Below, piece by piece: positions 31,076 through 44,771 of a stretch of DNA of 64,000 nt (the stretch's first letter is position 1; every line of letters starts with the position of its first letter). The DNA comes from Chrysomallon squamiferum (taxonomy: Eukaryota > Animalia > Mollusca), in NCBI GenBank assembly GCA_012295275.1, contig CM022671.1:34658001-34722000 (forward strand), written 5' to 3'. Below the pieces are notes generated by a model that did no database searches, was not told the origin of the DNA, and saw only the letters and a program-made list of their open reading frames with translations. A program made the translations under genes and the position numbers.

Positions 31076-31642
31076 CTTGAAAAACAATAAATTAAATAGA
31101 AAAATAAATACTCTATTTTATGACAAAATCATTACAAACCAATGTAGTCGTTTTAATTCTCTACTTACGAAAATTGCCAAACCTACTCTTCTAAAATGTG
31201 TTTTCTATTTACAAAACTAAAACTGATAAATTTGTTTTACATAACTGTACAAATACACCATCCATTTGTCTATATATAATGAGTGCAGCAAAACTGTAAT
31301 TTTTATATTAAACTGAAGACTTTACACAGTATAAACAGTTATGACATTTATTTTGTTTCAACAGGACTAATATTTAATAACTGCAATGAACAGATAAAAA
31401 CATTTTATTTTCAGTTAATATAAATTTAGAAATTTCTCTGTTGAACACAGATATGAGCCATTTTGTTCCACCATTCAGAATATGTATACACATTTTTATT
31501 CCAACCCAGTAGTTATGATATACACTATCAGCTCTAGTCTGACTAGGTGATTTGATCAAACTGCAAACACAGCTGAATTAACAGGTTCTACATTAAGATA
31601 ATTTACAATGCATTTTAAAAAGCAAAATTAGTAAATACGTAC

Positions 31643-31788
31643 AGTCTATATTATTACACAGAAGTTTAGTTGTTTCATTCCATCTTTTAATGTCAATCAG
31701 TTTTTCCAGTTGTTTTTCATGTTTGGTGTTCTCACAGTCATCAGTGATCTTCTTCATGCACTTTGTCACTTGAAATATTTTATTTGAA
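31643..31788 (-). CDS. Gene B1 exon 3: SNKIFQVTKCMKKITDDCENTKHEKQLEKLIDIKRWNETTKLLCNNID
   Basis: Acceptor tttcag|, donor T|gtacgt, 146 nt (phase 2 to 1), open frame. Confidence 0.9.
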
Positions 31789-32788
31789 CTGAAATAGTAA
31801 TTATTATGTGTTGTTCTTGTTGTTATTCTTATTACTGTTATTATTATTATTATTTGCAATTTTTGTTGTTGTTATTCTTCTTACTAGTATTATTAACATT
31901 ATTTTAATGCACTATTAGTAGTATTGTAATTTTTTATTTTATTATCATCATAATCATTATCCACATCAATTATAAGCATTTAGCTGGTAACTTTTTGTCC
32001 ACATTCAGTTTAACACGTGCAAGTCCTACTGATCAGTACTGTAACACATGGACAATTATTAATATGAATTCAGAGTAACAGAAGTATTTATCCTTTCAAA
32101 ATCAACTCTTTAACATTTTCAGCTCATTCTTAAAGGCCACTGTGTGTTTTATAATCTTTAAGAAACAGACTGCAAACTGTGCACCTACATAATCCTGGAA
32201 ATGTTAGAAATTCCCTGCAGTCACAAAGACATACACAAACAACAAACCTGTCAGCCAAACACACACACACACACACACGGGACTTCTGTAATTGTATATT
32301 GTATATAAATATAAATACATACTTAAATTATATATTAACATGCATGATTTCTGTAATGTCATAATTTTTTATTATAAATATTAAAGCTTTTTTTTTTTTT
32401 TTTTTCAAATTATATAAATATTAACACATGATATATATATTTTTTTTTTTTAGTTATATTTTACATAAATATTAGCAGGCATGATCTCTCATACCAAAAT
32501 TACACAGGCATTCTGTCAACATCAAAATAAATTATGTTCACAACCTGTGAATTGTTTTAAAGTTAATGTTAACATTCTAACTCAACATTCTAAGTGTATA
32601 ATCAAAACCTTTTTAAGAGCAATTAGAATTTTTTGATTTCTCTCACAAAGAATCTCACATATACATACAAACAGATATACACATACACATATTCATTGTG
32701 TATGACAAAACACATGTAAACCCTCACAAACAACACACCTTGTTAGAAGAAACTACAATAAACATAAACCAGTGCTTTCAGTATTTAC

Positions 32789-32930
32789 CTGCACAACATT
32801 TTTATTTGGTCACCATCTTCCCCTAGGACATCCGGACTTCTCCCTACAGTTGAACCTATTCCCAGACCTGTTAGACAGTTACCTAGAGCGTCTTGAGGGT
32901 TTTCTGGACACTCAGCATGTGCAAAGCAGA
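32789..32930 (-). CDS. Gene B1 exon 2: CFAHA|ECPENPQDALGNCLTGLGIGSTVGRSPDVLGEDGDQIKMLC(S)
   Basis: Acceptor ctttgtccag|, donor AG|gtaaat, 142 nt (phase 1 to 2). AHA| is a typical signal-peptidase A-x-A site. Confidence 0.88.
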
Positions 32931-33052
32931 CTGGACAAAGTAAACAAAAAATCATCATTCATTTTAATCATTTACTGAATTTTCTCACCAGGTAGAAAAA
33001 TTTATTTTTAAAACACAATTTATAAACAAACAATTATATGATACAAACATAA

Positions 33053-33107
<55 letters not shown>

Positions 33108-33439
33108 AAATTTTGACTGGATCCCTTATTATTAAAAAAAATATATATATATTTTCAAACACCAGTCACTAGACACAAAGGGTAATATGTAAAAGTATTT
33201 TGGCCATTTATTTGTATTATATTTGGATATAATTAAAAAACTGTGACATTTATAGTGATCTCAAGCAAAGAACCAGAATTTGTTTTCTCTTTTTTTTAAT
33301 AACAGCAAAATAAATATCTAGTGCACTATTCTATATAAATATTCTATGATACTATGTAGATCTATATATTAACTTTCCAAACATTAAACAACCAATTATT
33401 GTGAATTCCAGAAGTTAAAATTCATTTCTTTACATATAT

Positions 33440-33508
<69 letters not shown>

Positions 33509-34134
33509 TAGATAGATAGATAGATAGATATACAAACTTAAGAATTAGATCACAAATGGAAAAATAGTCAGTAAGTATAGTCAATGTTAATTTGTCAAAT
33601 AGAAAGTAGTTTTAGAAACTGAATTTTTGTTCATTTTATATTTTTATTGTTTGTTTGTGGTCCTGTATTTGTTTTGTTTTTTGTTTTCTCTTTGTTTTGT
33701 TTGTTTCTTCTTTTTGTGGCAGTTTTGACTAAAATTTAGTGGTGCTTCTTTTTGTTTTCCATGTATTGTTTGGAGGGGGGTTTCCAAATGGGTTTATTTT
33801 CACCAATTCTATTACCTTTCAGCTTAACTCAGATGGTTAATGCACTAATTGATAACATGTATATTTTTTATTTTAATACAAAGGATAAAAGAAATGACAA
33901 ATAGACAAAAACTAAGACAGCAATAACATGAGTACAGTTCATAAAATTTATTTTTTCATTCAGGAATTGAAAACAAAAGAGAAGAGTGTTTTTTCTTCGT
34001 ATTTCCCCCTAAGAATGCTAAGCCCCATTTTATAATATCGACCCTACCAAACAAATCCTTTTCTACAGCGGTAAGCTGGGGAGAAAACGATCGAAATACT
34101 TCCCGGAAATACTTGTAATTGTCATACAACTTAC

Positions 34135-34212
34135 AGATTTCCACATATAAAACAAAAACAACGAAAGCATGGATTATATTAACAAAATATGATATAATAC
34201 AAAATATGACAT
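34135..34212 (-). CDS. Gene B1 candidate exon 1 (signal peptide ...IIHAFVVFVLYVEI); start codon out of frame as sequenced
   Basis: Donor T|gtaagt at 34134 follows a hydrophobic phase-1 frame. The ATG at 34212 needs +1 nt, or removal of a 17-bp internal duplication, to be in frame. A degenerate homologue lies near 46990-47050. Confidence 0.4.
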
Positions 34213-34576
34213 TAAAAGCGTTTTATTAAACGAAGGACTATTTATTGTGATGTTGTAAAAACATCACTGACTGAAAACAGCTGTCAACAAAGCTATGAAG
34301 TCAACGTGAATATCTCACTCGATATAATGAGTATCACTCAGAAATGGCAGTAGCAATATCACTGTTATTATTCATGTCTCTGACTCACATGGCAGTGATC
34401 ATCGTTATTTGTATCATGATCTTGTTTATCCCATCGCTTTTTTCTTTTTAACTGACACCTGAAGCTGTCCATCTATTTAAATACATTCCCAAACGCAGAA
34501 TAATTATACAATAAAATTAATATATTTACACAAAGGTCTTCGATACATAACATACTGCGTAGACGATAGGTCTACC

Positions 34577-35225
34577 ATGATTATGATTATATTCATAAAA
34601 CTGGAACGCACACTCTAAAGGACTTCAGTGATTTACAAGCAAGAAATACGATGAAGAAGAAAAACATTAGTTCTTACGCGGGACAGTGTTAAAACATTAA
34701 CCAAACCAAACGAATCACTGAAACAGCAAGTGGATGTAATAGCTGATAATGACAATTTCACAGAACTCAAGTCTCCAGCGCCTATCACTACTCTAATGTT
34801 TACACGCAAAACCAGAACATGAATCCAATTACAGCCTCCGCAGATTTTCACTGAAAACAAAAACATCGTTAAAATTATCGATAAACTTACTGAATATGAA
34901 GGCTACTCCACACACAAACAAGGACTGACTGCCGTTCATCTTGTATTTACGTCTTTTCAAATGGTTACTTTCTGCTATGGAAAAACTGAGATAAAAAAAA
35001 AAAATTGCTGCGCGCCAAACAGATGCAGAACGGAGATCGGCAACTGCAGTAAAGGAAGAAAACCAGGACTGGTCCATTCCAAGGGTTGGAATCATCGCCA
35101 TGGAGTCTAACGAACATAGTACTGCGATGTAGTGCAGCGATTTCACCCCTAAGTCGACATGCGATAGTCCACAGATATTTTGATAGGCATAGTGTTCGGA
35201 TTGCCGTCTGCGAAAGTAAGGTAAA
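34577..35225 (+). pseudogene. Decayed ORF co-duplicated with the array (also ~47316-47885, 56552-57125; partial at 45128-45245)
   Basis: ~190-codon protein-like frame with several stops, including KIIDKLTEYGGYYPHKQGLAVVHLVFTIFQMVTF...CSTG...KGWNH...FQIRILFG in the 56552 copy. Weak resemblance to an SLC22-type transporter N-terminus. Confidence 0.3.
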
Positions 35226-35699
35226 TATAACGTAGTTCGCTTTTGGAAATAACCCTCGTTTATGATTAATCAAAGGTCAATGTTTTTTTTTTTTTGTGCT
35301 CTGCTTTTGTGATAATTTTGTAACAGAATTTAAAAAAAAGAAAAAAGAGTATAAGATCGTAAGTTAGTTTATGAAGCTTGATTTGTTTATCAACACTGTC
35401 CAAGAATTATTACATAATCTGAAGAAATCAGCAACATTGTTCCGTTATAGCAGCAAGCGACCTTCTATACGCATATTTCTACAGACGAGAAATCAAATCC
35501 GTGATCTCTGACAACATGAAGTCAGCAAGATGCGTGTAAGTGTAACGGGTGAACGGACTGTTTAATAGATTATTTTTGAACGCCAAGCCTGGCATCATTC
35601 TGATTATCACACATCGATTAGTCAAACTGTTATAAATACTTTACTGTTCTTAAAATAATTTCTAAGCTGTGGATCTCTATCCATGAAAAGATGGAGAAA

Positions 35700-35947
35700 C
35701 CTTAACCCTGTACGCTTTAAAAAACCAAATTATTTCTTTACATTTTCTTTTATTTTGTTTTTATACAATATTTGTCATTTATACAAACATTTTTATTATT
35801 TAAAAACACTTCCAAAAATTTGGGCTGGAACGGATTAATGGTGTTTCAGTTAACTTCATTTGGCAAATTTGATTTCATATAAGAGTGAATTGAGTTACGA
35901 GCTCATTCACGGAACGATATAAACTCGTAATTCAAGGCATCAGTGTA
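35700..35947 (+). mobile_element. Tigger-like element 3' terminal fragment
   Basis: ggaacggattaatgg...gagttacgagc...cacggaacgatataaactcgtaattcaaggcatcagtg|TA resembles Tigger-type right ends as I recall them; left boundary approximate. Confidence 0.55.
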
Positions 35948-36049
35948 TATCTGTTTATTTCTTTGGTTTTATTATTTATTTATTTATTTTATTCGTGTGT
36001 TTTTTTTTTTTTTTTAATTAATTAATTTATGTATGTATCTATCGTGTCT

Positions 36050-36269
36050 GCGTGTGTGTGTGTGTGTGTTAGAATTTTGAATATTCTCTGTCGTACGTAA
36101 GTCTGAATAGACTCTGCACATAGACAATATTCGTTAATGCAGTGGCGCAGGACAAAGTACAATCACGACCTCACAAACCCCGTCACATGCCGCTGACGAG
36201 GCTCGAACGTATGGCGCCCATTCATCCTCACACCGAAGGCGGACGATGTTACCGTTCGGCCATCGAGAC
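36050..36269 (-). mobile_element. tRNA-derived SINE-like element with (CA)n tail; related copies at ~48225-48430, 49315-49545, 57465-57670, 58545-58750 and 59300-59530
   Basis: Minus strand shows A-box TGGCCGAACGG (36252-36262), B-box GTTCGAGCC (36200-36208), a degenerate cloverleaf, a ~120-bp conserved body and a (CA)n tail. Confidence 0.55.
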
Positions 36270-38128
36270 CACCTTAATAAATGTTCCTCAATAACCGAGG
36301 GTAATCATCGCTGCCCCCGAAGCATGCCGTTCTTTATCTTTCGTCATTTTTGCTTGTACTTGTGTTTTTTTTTTTTTTTTTTTTTTTTCGTGTTTTTGGG
36401 GGGGTTGGGGGTTGGGGACACCTGGCACTGGCAAGTATGCATTTCAGGATTTTAATATTTTCTGTCGTATGTGCGTTTGATTATTCACATTATTTCCAGG
36501 TTATGGATTATGGAGTTTTCTCCCTTTAATAAATGCTCTGCAGCGACAAAATTTCGCCTACGTGTTCCCTTTATGTAGACGTTTTGAGTTCGCCAAGAAA
36601 ATGGATATAGTGATAAAATATCTGGTCACCCCAAAACATCTTTTTCCATTCTGTACTGAATTACTACCTGATATATCTATATACCGTACAGGCAGAAAAA
36701 AAATATAAAATGTTTTATTTTACTTTTTTTATTTTTATTTTTTTATTTTTTATTTAGTAAATACCTAACACAGACATTAAGTAACACTTTTTATTTTTTA
36801 TTTTGTTTAATTTTGTTTAAATTTATTTTTCTTGATTCTTTTATTCTTTTATATATATTTTTAAATGATAACATCAGTGTAAATCAAATAATCTAACAGA
36901 TAATAATAACTCTTCGTTTCAATGTGTGGTAAATATAAAGAATATAAAAAGAGCATTGCAAGCAACAATTTATACTTTGACATTGCAAAAAGTCCACACA
37001 GACATCACTGTGTTTCAAAACCAAAATAAGAAACATAAAACCCAATAACTAAGAAACAACTGTAGTATTTTTTTAGTGAGAAACAACCTCAGTTCAAAAC
37101 CTGCAGTGAAAACAAAAATAACAGCATAAAAGATAAAAAGAAATATTTTATTAGATACATTTTACAAGATATAAAAATATAAGTTATTTTAAAAAGGTTG
37201 ATGGATGATTAATAATTACAAAAACATCTAGAAAAGAAGACGAAAAATATAGGAAAATTGATAAACGGTTTTCTTAAACATAATTAATAATTAATCGAAA
37301 GTAACAAAAAAAAAAAAAAAATTAATATAATTATGAATGAGACAATAATGCTGGAAATAACCACTTCTTAAAATTCGTTACCTCTATTTTAGTTTTAAAA
37401 TATTATATCAGTTGATTTTTAAAATTCATAAAATAAAATGAAATAAAATAAAATAAATAACACAACCGTTTGTAGCCATATAAAACATTAAACACACAAA
37501 AAAACTTCTATATAATTTTCAATTTTCACAAAACTCACAAAGGAAATTTTGAGTGGCATGGAAGTTCTGGATTTCTGGATTTATCTTAAAAATTGTTAAA
37601 ACAATTCAACTTTATAAAACTTGATAATTCTGGTATATTTGTTTTGTATCATATGCTAAATATGTATTTGCTTACATCATGTTTCATCTGGGTATTTTGT
37701 GAATCAATTTCATTTAATTTTTATTTTAAACACAACGAGAAAGAAAGATACGTTTGCTGTGAGACAGCAACTAGTTTAAGTTAAATTATGATTAAATCCT
37801 TCATATTAAATTTCATCCATCTTCTTTTTAATTTCAGAACTTTTATTATATTTCAACTAAATCGTCTCTCTTAAACTTGAAACAGTTTAATTATATTTTA
37901 ACCAAATCTTTCAGATTAAATTTCAAGCAATTAACATTTAAAGTAATTTAAGAAAGTGAGACAGAATCATTATTATTTACAATAGTGAAAGATAGCTAAA
38001 ATGTTCATCTTTTTATTCAAAATTAACGGAGTTCAGTGTTAAATCATATTCAGAAAGCCAGAAACTATTGCTACAACAGCAGCAACACACACCAGGAAGA
38101 CACTGCCTGATTTGACTACAGCGTATGA

Positions 38129-40550
38129 CAGTGGTGGCCAAACTACGGCCCGCGGGCCGCATCCGGCCCCCAGTCCTGTTTCATCCGGCCCGCCAAACAC
38201 CTTGCCTTGTTTTTTTCCAAGCACCATATTTACCACTGTGAACAAGCAGTGCAACAGCGCTGGCTGCTACTAGCAGTAGCTTGTGGCAAGCGTTGTTATT
38301 TTTAGAATAAATGCCCTTGCAGCGTTATTTTTAGAACAGTCTGCCAACCATGACGTAAGTAGCTAACATAGCCTGTATGTGCTCTTTTTCACATCCCTTT
38401 GGCCTACTAGCCTACTTTGTAAGAAATCAGGAAGTTAATTGTTCCAGCTTTGACTTTCAGTATTTTACTGAGCATGTAAGAGACAATACGCACATTGGAT
38501 TTTCTTCTCAGAAGCAGCAATAATTTTAATTTTTTTCTCTACCTTATCAGTTAAAATGTCTCCAACGAAAAAGAGAAAAGTAGATGATGAATGCCGAGTT
38601 TTTAAGGAGGAATGGACATATCAATATTTGTTCACTGCGGTAAATGGTAAAGCAGCGTGTTTAATTTGTAATGAGGGAATATCAGTTTTTAAAGAATATA
38701 ATTTGAAAAGATACTATAATACAAAACACGCTGGATACAGTGAAGGACTATCAACAGAGCAAAAGGTTAATAAAGCTGCTGATATGGTGAAAAATCTAAT
38801 AAAGCAACAGTCGCTTTTTTCAAAGACACAATCCATTCACATTTCAGCAACAGAAGCTAGTTTTTATATTAGTTACAAAATTGCACAATGCAAAAAACCT
38901 TTTTCTGATGGAGAATTTGTAAAAGACTGCATTGTGGATGCGGCACACATACTTTGTCCAGAAGCACAGAATAAATTTGAGAATATTGCACTATCAAGGA
39001 ATACAGTTATGAGAAGGGTACAAGATATCAGCAAAGATTTGTCCCAACAGCTTCACACTGATTTCATGTGGTTTTCATTAGCTCTGGATGAAAGCAATGA
39101 TGTTCAGGACATTGCACAACTCATGATATTTATACGTGGTATCAAGTCAGATTTTACAATTTCAGAGGAGTTGTTATCAGTTGAACCTTTAAAAGGCACA
39201 ACTACGGGGGGAAGACCTGTGTAAATGTGTAATAAAGTGTGTGGAGGAGGCTGGCCTGCCGTGGAATAAATTGGTGAGTATCACTACTGACGGTGCACCT
39301 GCTCTAACTGGAAAAACAAAGGCATGATTAGCCTCCTACAAAGAAGATTAAAGAAAACTGTCCTCAGCATGAAATATGGAAATTTCATTGTATCATTCAT
39401 CAAGAAAGTTTATGCAAGTCAGCTCTGGATTTTAATCATGTGATACGTCCTGTAGTTGAAGTAGTTAATCTACTCAGATCCAGACCATTATCACACAGAC
39501 AATTCAAGACATTACTGGATGATATTGAGACTGAATATAGAGATGTGCTATATCACAATAGTGTTCGGTGGCTTAGTCATGGGAAAGTTCTAAGAAGAGT
39601 CTTTGAACTAAGAGACGAAATTCTCCTTTTCCTTGATATCAAACAAATGAAATGTGATTTTATAGAGAAGATGAAAAATGATTACTGGCTTTGTGATTTT
39701 ATGTTTGCCACTGAAATGTTTGAAAAGCTCAATTCTCTAAATTTGGAATTGCAAGGAAAAGGATTATTTGTGCATGATATGTACACCAAAGTAAAGCTTT
39801 TGAGGCAAAACTCTCACTTTTTGCCAAACAGATATCAGAATGTAATTTTATTCATTTTTCTTTGCTAAGGAAGGCAACAGTAGATAGTAAACTTGCTGAA
39901 AAATACAGCAATCAACTCTGCATCTTGAAACAAGAATTCCAAAGAAGATTTTCAGACTTCAGAGTAATGGATTCATCATTTAATATACTTGTTTCACCCT
40001 TCAGTACAGAAATTGAGACAGCCCCTGATGTTCTTCAGCTGGAACTAATAGATCTACAAGCTAATAATGAGCTGAAAATGAAGTTTAGGAATATGCCTTT
40101 GGTAGAATTTTTCAAATATTTGCCTGCTGAAAAGTTTATCAATCTACGAGGTTTTGCTGCTAGGATGCTGTGTATATTTGGATCAACTTATATTTGTGAA
40201 CAGACTTTTTCATGCTTAAATCAAACAAAGTCAAAAAACAGATCAGTATTGTCAGATGCAAATTTACAAGCAATTATGAAAGTTTCGACAACTAGTTTTA
40301 CTCCAGACTTTAAAAGGCTTGTTCAAAATTGTGGACAGTTGCATTTATCTCATTGATATATAAACCTTTTATTAAATACAAGTGTAAACAAGATGGTGTT
40401 ATTTTTTGTTATTCTACTACAATAATATATATTTTAATAAAGATGGCAACCAGTTACGACAAATTTTACGTAAATTTCATTTAATCCGGCCCTCCAGTGG
40501 CAAGAAAGTTGCAAATTTGGCCCTCTGGTAAAAACGTTTGGCCACCCCTG
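38129..40550 (+). mobile_element. Full-length hAT DNA transposon, Buster/Charlie (SPIN/GTF2IRD2-like) type, 2422 bp
   Basis: 15-bp TIRs CAGTGGTGGCCAAAC / GTTTGGCCACCCCTG (1 mismatch); perfect 8-bp TSD GCGTATGA (38121-38128 and 40551-40558) with central TA; internal transposase. Confidence 0.96.
38556..40356 (+). pseudogene. hAT transposase (~600 aa) with four single-base frameshifts
   Basis: KRKVDDECRVFKEEW N-terminus, BED-type CLIC...KH finger, catalytic motifs ALDES, TDGA and YICEQTFS, and the HCIIH motif. Frameshifts near 39206-39211, 39315, 39340 and 39795, all in short G or A runs. Confidence 0.92.
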
Positions 40551-42536
40551 GCGTATGATCTATACCAATAATAACACCTCGGAGGACCATATCCATAGTA
40601 TAAATCTTTCACAAGGTGCAGCAGTTTCTCTGGACAGATGTTTTGATGAGATTCTCTCATACACTTGAGCATATCTGCGAACATTCTGAAATTACAACAG
40701 AGATATATATTTTCACACAATTCAGCAAACGTTTTTATGTTTCGTGTATGAATGTACTTTTAACAAAAGAAAGAATCAGTCTTTTCTGTGTGAGGTGGAC
40801 TTGTAGTAGAATGAAAAACCCAGATAGATTTTTAGACATTCCAACAGTTTCTTAGATACTGACATCAATTGTTGATAACAATAAAATATACAGTAACACA
40901 GTAAAAAATGAAAACTTATGTGAAAACTGGGGAAGGGTTTTCATGACTTTCACATGTATAGAAAATAGTTTACAAATTATAACAAATGTCATATCAGATG
41001 TCACAGTGACAAACTCAGGGATGTCATAAAAAATACATTTAAAAGATTGTTTTTCCAAAAGTACAAAATTACCTATTACTTATATATTTATATGTGATCA
41101 AAGTAACATCCTCCTTGATGTGAATCAGAGGACACGAACATTCAAAAATTGCTCTTTTATCTAGTTTGACATTCCCCCCAACAAACAAAAATCGAATTAA
41201 AAACAAAAATAGCATCGATAATTCCACAGACTTCATTTCTCTCAGCATAACTATGAAGATTTACATACTGTGCCATAAAAACATAACTGCAACCAAAATA
41301 CAATATCATGTGACAAGCAGAATCTTAAATTTAATAACATTGAAATATAATAAACCTGGAACTATTAATTTTCTAATTCTCTGGTATAAAACAAGTCCCA
41401 CAAACCTACAGTTAAACTCCATCAGTGTTTCCTTATCAGGATGTGTACTCTGAATCTCTTCATCCTTAGCCTGGAGCTTTCTCTCTGCTTCCTGTGTACA
41501 GGTTTGTTCAGAGTGCTGATTTTTCCTCAAACACCCTATGTTCTGACTGATGTCTTGAAAAACCACAATGTATTAAATTAGAAAAACAAATTTTATTCCA
41601 TGTGAAATGGACATTTAAAAAAAAAAAAAAAAAAAAGAGATGCTAACAACAGATTAAAAACACTCTATGTATAATTGATTTTGTATTGGCATCATCATTG
41701 ACATTAACGTCCTATAATTCATACCACTGAAAACTGATCATATACGTAATAGGTTTGTATATATATCATCATTAACATTAACTTTCTCCTATTCAGAATA
41801 CTCAACACTGATCATATATCCGTTTTCTGCATTATTGTTTTCTGTCACACACAACAACAACAAAAAAAACAACAATGCAGTAATTATTATTTTACAGCAG
41901 TCATAAGAGAAATTATTGTTTTTCATACTTAAATTGTATTGTATAACAACTTTCAGAAACGACACACTCAGTACAATACAGTGTATTGGTTTTAATGCTC
42001 TACTTATTAAAATTGCCAAACCAACTCTTCTAAAACGTGTTTTCCATTTACAAAATCAAAACCAATAAATTTATTTGAATAATGGTACGAACACATATAA
42101 TTGTACACATATTTATATGAGCCATTTTGTTCCACCATTCAGAATACGTATATATATCATATATTTCAGTAACATGTGAAATGAAATAAGCTGTTGAAAT
42201 ATATTTGTTTTCCAACCCAGTATTTCTGTTAATACACCTTGAGTTCTACTGTCACTAGCTGATTTGAACAAATCGCAAACACAGCTGAATTAACAAGTTT
42301 TACATTATTGTTAATTTATAATGTGTTTTAAAAAGCAAAAAAGAAATACATACAGTCCTTATTATTACAGACAAGTTCAGTTGTTTTTTTCCATCTGTTT
42401 ACGTCCAAAAATCTTTTCAGTTCTTTTACATATTTGGTGTTCTCGCACTCATCAAATATCTTTCTCAGGCACGTTGTTATTTTAAAGATTTCATTTGGTC
42501 TGAAATAATAATTATTATGTGTTGTTTTTCTTGTTG

Positions 42537-42606
<70 letters not shown>

Positions 42607-43028
42607 TACTACTACTACTACAACTACTACTATTACTATTATTATTAAAATTATTAATGTATATTATTAGTAATATTATTGCTATTTATGTTATTATTGT
42701 TGCTTATTACCATTATCACCCTCATCATCATTATCCACATCATTTATAAGCATTTAGCTGATAACTTTTTATCCGCATTCAGTTTAATATGTGCAAGTCT
42801 TACTGATCAGTACTGTAACACATGGACACTTATTAATATGAATTCAGAGTATCAGAAGTCTTTAACCTTTCAAAATCAACTATTTAACATTTTTAGCTCA
42901 TTCTTAAAGGCCAGTGTGTGTTCTATAATCTTTAAGCTGCATAATCCTGGAAATGTTAGAAACTCCCCGCAGTCACAAAGACATACACAAACAACCGGCC
43001 TGTCAGCCAAAATCAGTTGGCAACCAGG

Positions 43029-43068
<40 letters not shown>

Positions 43069-43295
43069 AACACACACATACACATTAGAGTTCTATGATG
43101 TCAATAATTATTTATGAAATTAATATCAATATGTATACTTTATCTAAATTTCCAAAATTATTTATTATAAAAATAAATATGAACCCTTTCTTCATATTAT
43201 ATAAAAAATACTTTTCGAAAATGTATATTAACTTTAAAATGATTTATTTTTGTAATGTCATAATTATATTATAAATAAAAATACTAAATCTTTTT

Positions 43296-43326
<31 letters not shown>

Positions 43327-43535
43327 TTAATTTTTTTCAGTATCATTTTATGTAAATATTAACATATATGATTTGTCTAATAGCAACATTATTTATCATA
43401 AAGTGAACATATGTTTTAAATTATATTAAATATATATACTTATAAGCATGTTTTCAGTAATAACTATTTTATTTTGTACTATAAATATAAATATCAATAT
43501 CAAAGCTTTTTCGAAATTATATAAATATTAATATA

Positions 43536-44157
43536 CCGTATATACTTGTGTACAAGGCGACCTTATGTATAAGTCGATGTGTATTTTAAGACCAAAAATT
43601 GCATTATTTTAGGTATTACTTGTGTATAAGTCGACTGTAGATTCCAGGCACCATCACTATTTTTAGACCAGTGTGACAGTGCCACGAAGGCCTACATTGT
43701 ACGCCTACTGTAACATAACTTGCACGAGCTGTAACTTGCACGAACATACCATAATAACGTAAATGTATGTATTACACGAGCTATAGCCTAAATGTATCAT
43801 AAATAGTATCTCTTTAATGTAATAGGTCGAACATGGAGACCTAACTTACCGTTATATTTAGCCGTTCTATGATTTACAAAATGTTATGGCCATAGCCCTA
43901 AAATATTGTATATGATGCCAGGCAAACGAAATAAATATACTGCACAATTTAAGCTTGCAGTAATTAGATTTGCTGAAAATTCTAACAATTCTGCTGCTGG
44001 ACGGGATTATTTTAGATGCATCCCGTAGCAAAAAAATAGTCAAAATTGCGACTCTTCAGCAACAGCTACAAAAGCATTACCTATGTATAAGTCGACCCCA
44101 AAAATATTACCTTAATATAGTCTCCCAAAAATTCGATTTATACACAAGTATATACGG
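43536..44157 (+). mobile_element. Non-autonomous pogo-type (Tc1/mariner superfamily) element with a Brinker-type DNA-binding-domain remnant
   Basis: TIRs CCGTATATACTTGTGTA at both ends, flanked by TA; subterminal TATAAGTCGA repeats; 43912-44012 encodes MMPGKRNKYTAQFKLAVIRFAENSNNSAAGRDYF. An empty site appears in B1 near 32420. Confidence 0.85.
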
Positions 44158-44771
44158 TACATGATTTTTGTAATAACAAAACTATATAACATGAATATAT
44201 TTATTTTATTTTTTTGGTTTTAAGTTACATATTATATAAATATCAGCAGCTATAATTTCTCATACCAATATTATAGAGGCATTTTGTCAACATCAAAATA
44301 AATTATGTTCACAACCTATGCATTTTTATTTAATTTATGTTAACATTCTAATTTAACATGTTTATCTAAACAGTTTTTCATATTTTATCCATCCTACGTA
44401 GAACGTTGTGGTGCCTACTACTTTAAGTGTGTATTAAAAGCAATTAGAATTTTTTTTTCAGACTCGTACACAAATTTACACAGAAAAAGAACATACACAT
44501 ATGTATACACCAGCAGTCTTACAAGTACGTGCTTTACGCTAGGAACCCCAGAAAAATGGCCTACTGACAGCTTACAAATAGATTTCTAAGAATAAATCTT
44601 TTTTCATGATGTTCTGCACACTTAACCACATGCATCTCCAACATTCCGAAAAAAAGTGAAAAATCTGCCTTTTAAAGTCACCCAAGTAAATTTAGCATCT
44701 AAACGAACATTCTTAAAATACATACCCATTCAACAGATCATTTATTTAACTTTATTTAACAGTTATATGAT

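Larger units (their letters stand above)
38039..42499 (-). pseudogene. Gene B2, probable pseudogene: exon 3 (42354-42499), exon 4 (41406-41553), exon 5 split by hAT insertion (40551-40685 and 38039-38128); exon 2 deleted
   Basis: Exons have canonical splice sites and open frames (PNEIFKITTCLRKIFDECENTKYVKELKRFLDVNRWKKTTELVCNNKD; ISQNIGCLRKNQHSEQTCTQEAERKLQAKDEEIQSTHPDKETLMEFNC; MFADMLKCMRESHQNICPEKLLHLVKDLYYGYGPPRCYYWYRSYA/VVKSGSVFLVC...). The terminal exon is interrupted and no exon-2 homologue was seen upstream. Confidence 0.82.

Noticed and set aside
36188-36269. Functional tRNA gene
   Set aside because: Acceptor and T stems have several mismatches; better described as a tRNA-derived repeat.
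38039-38254. 71-aa ORF ending in the family's hydrophobic tail
   Set aside because: Chance in-frame fusion of the hAT left end with the severed tail of B2 exon 5.
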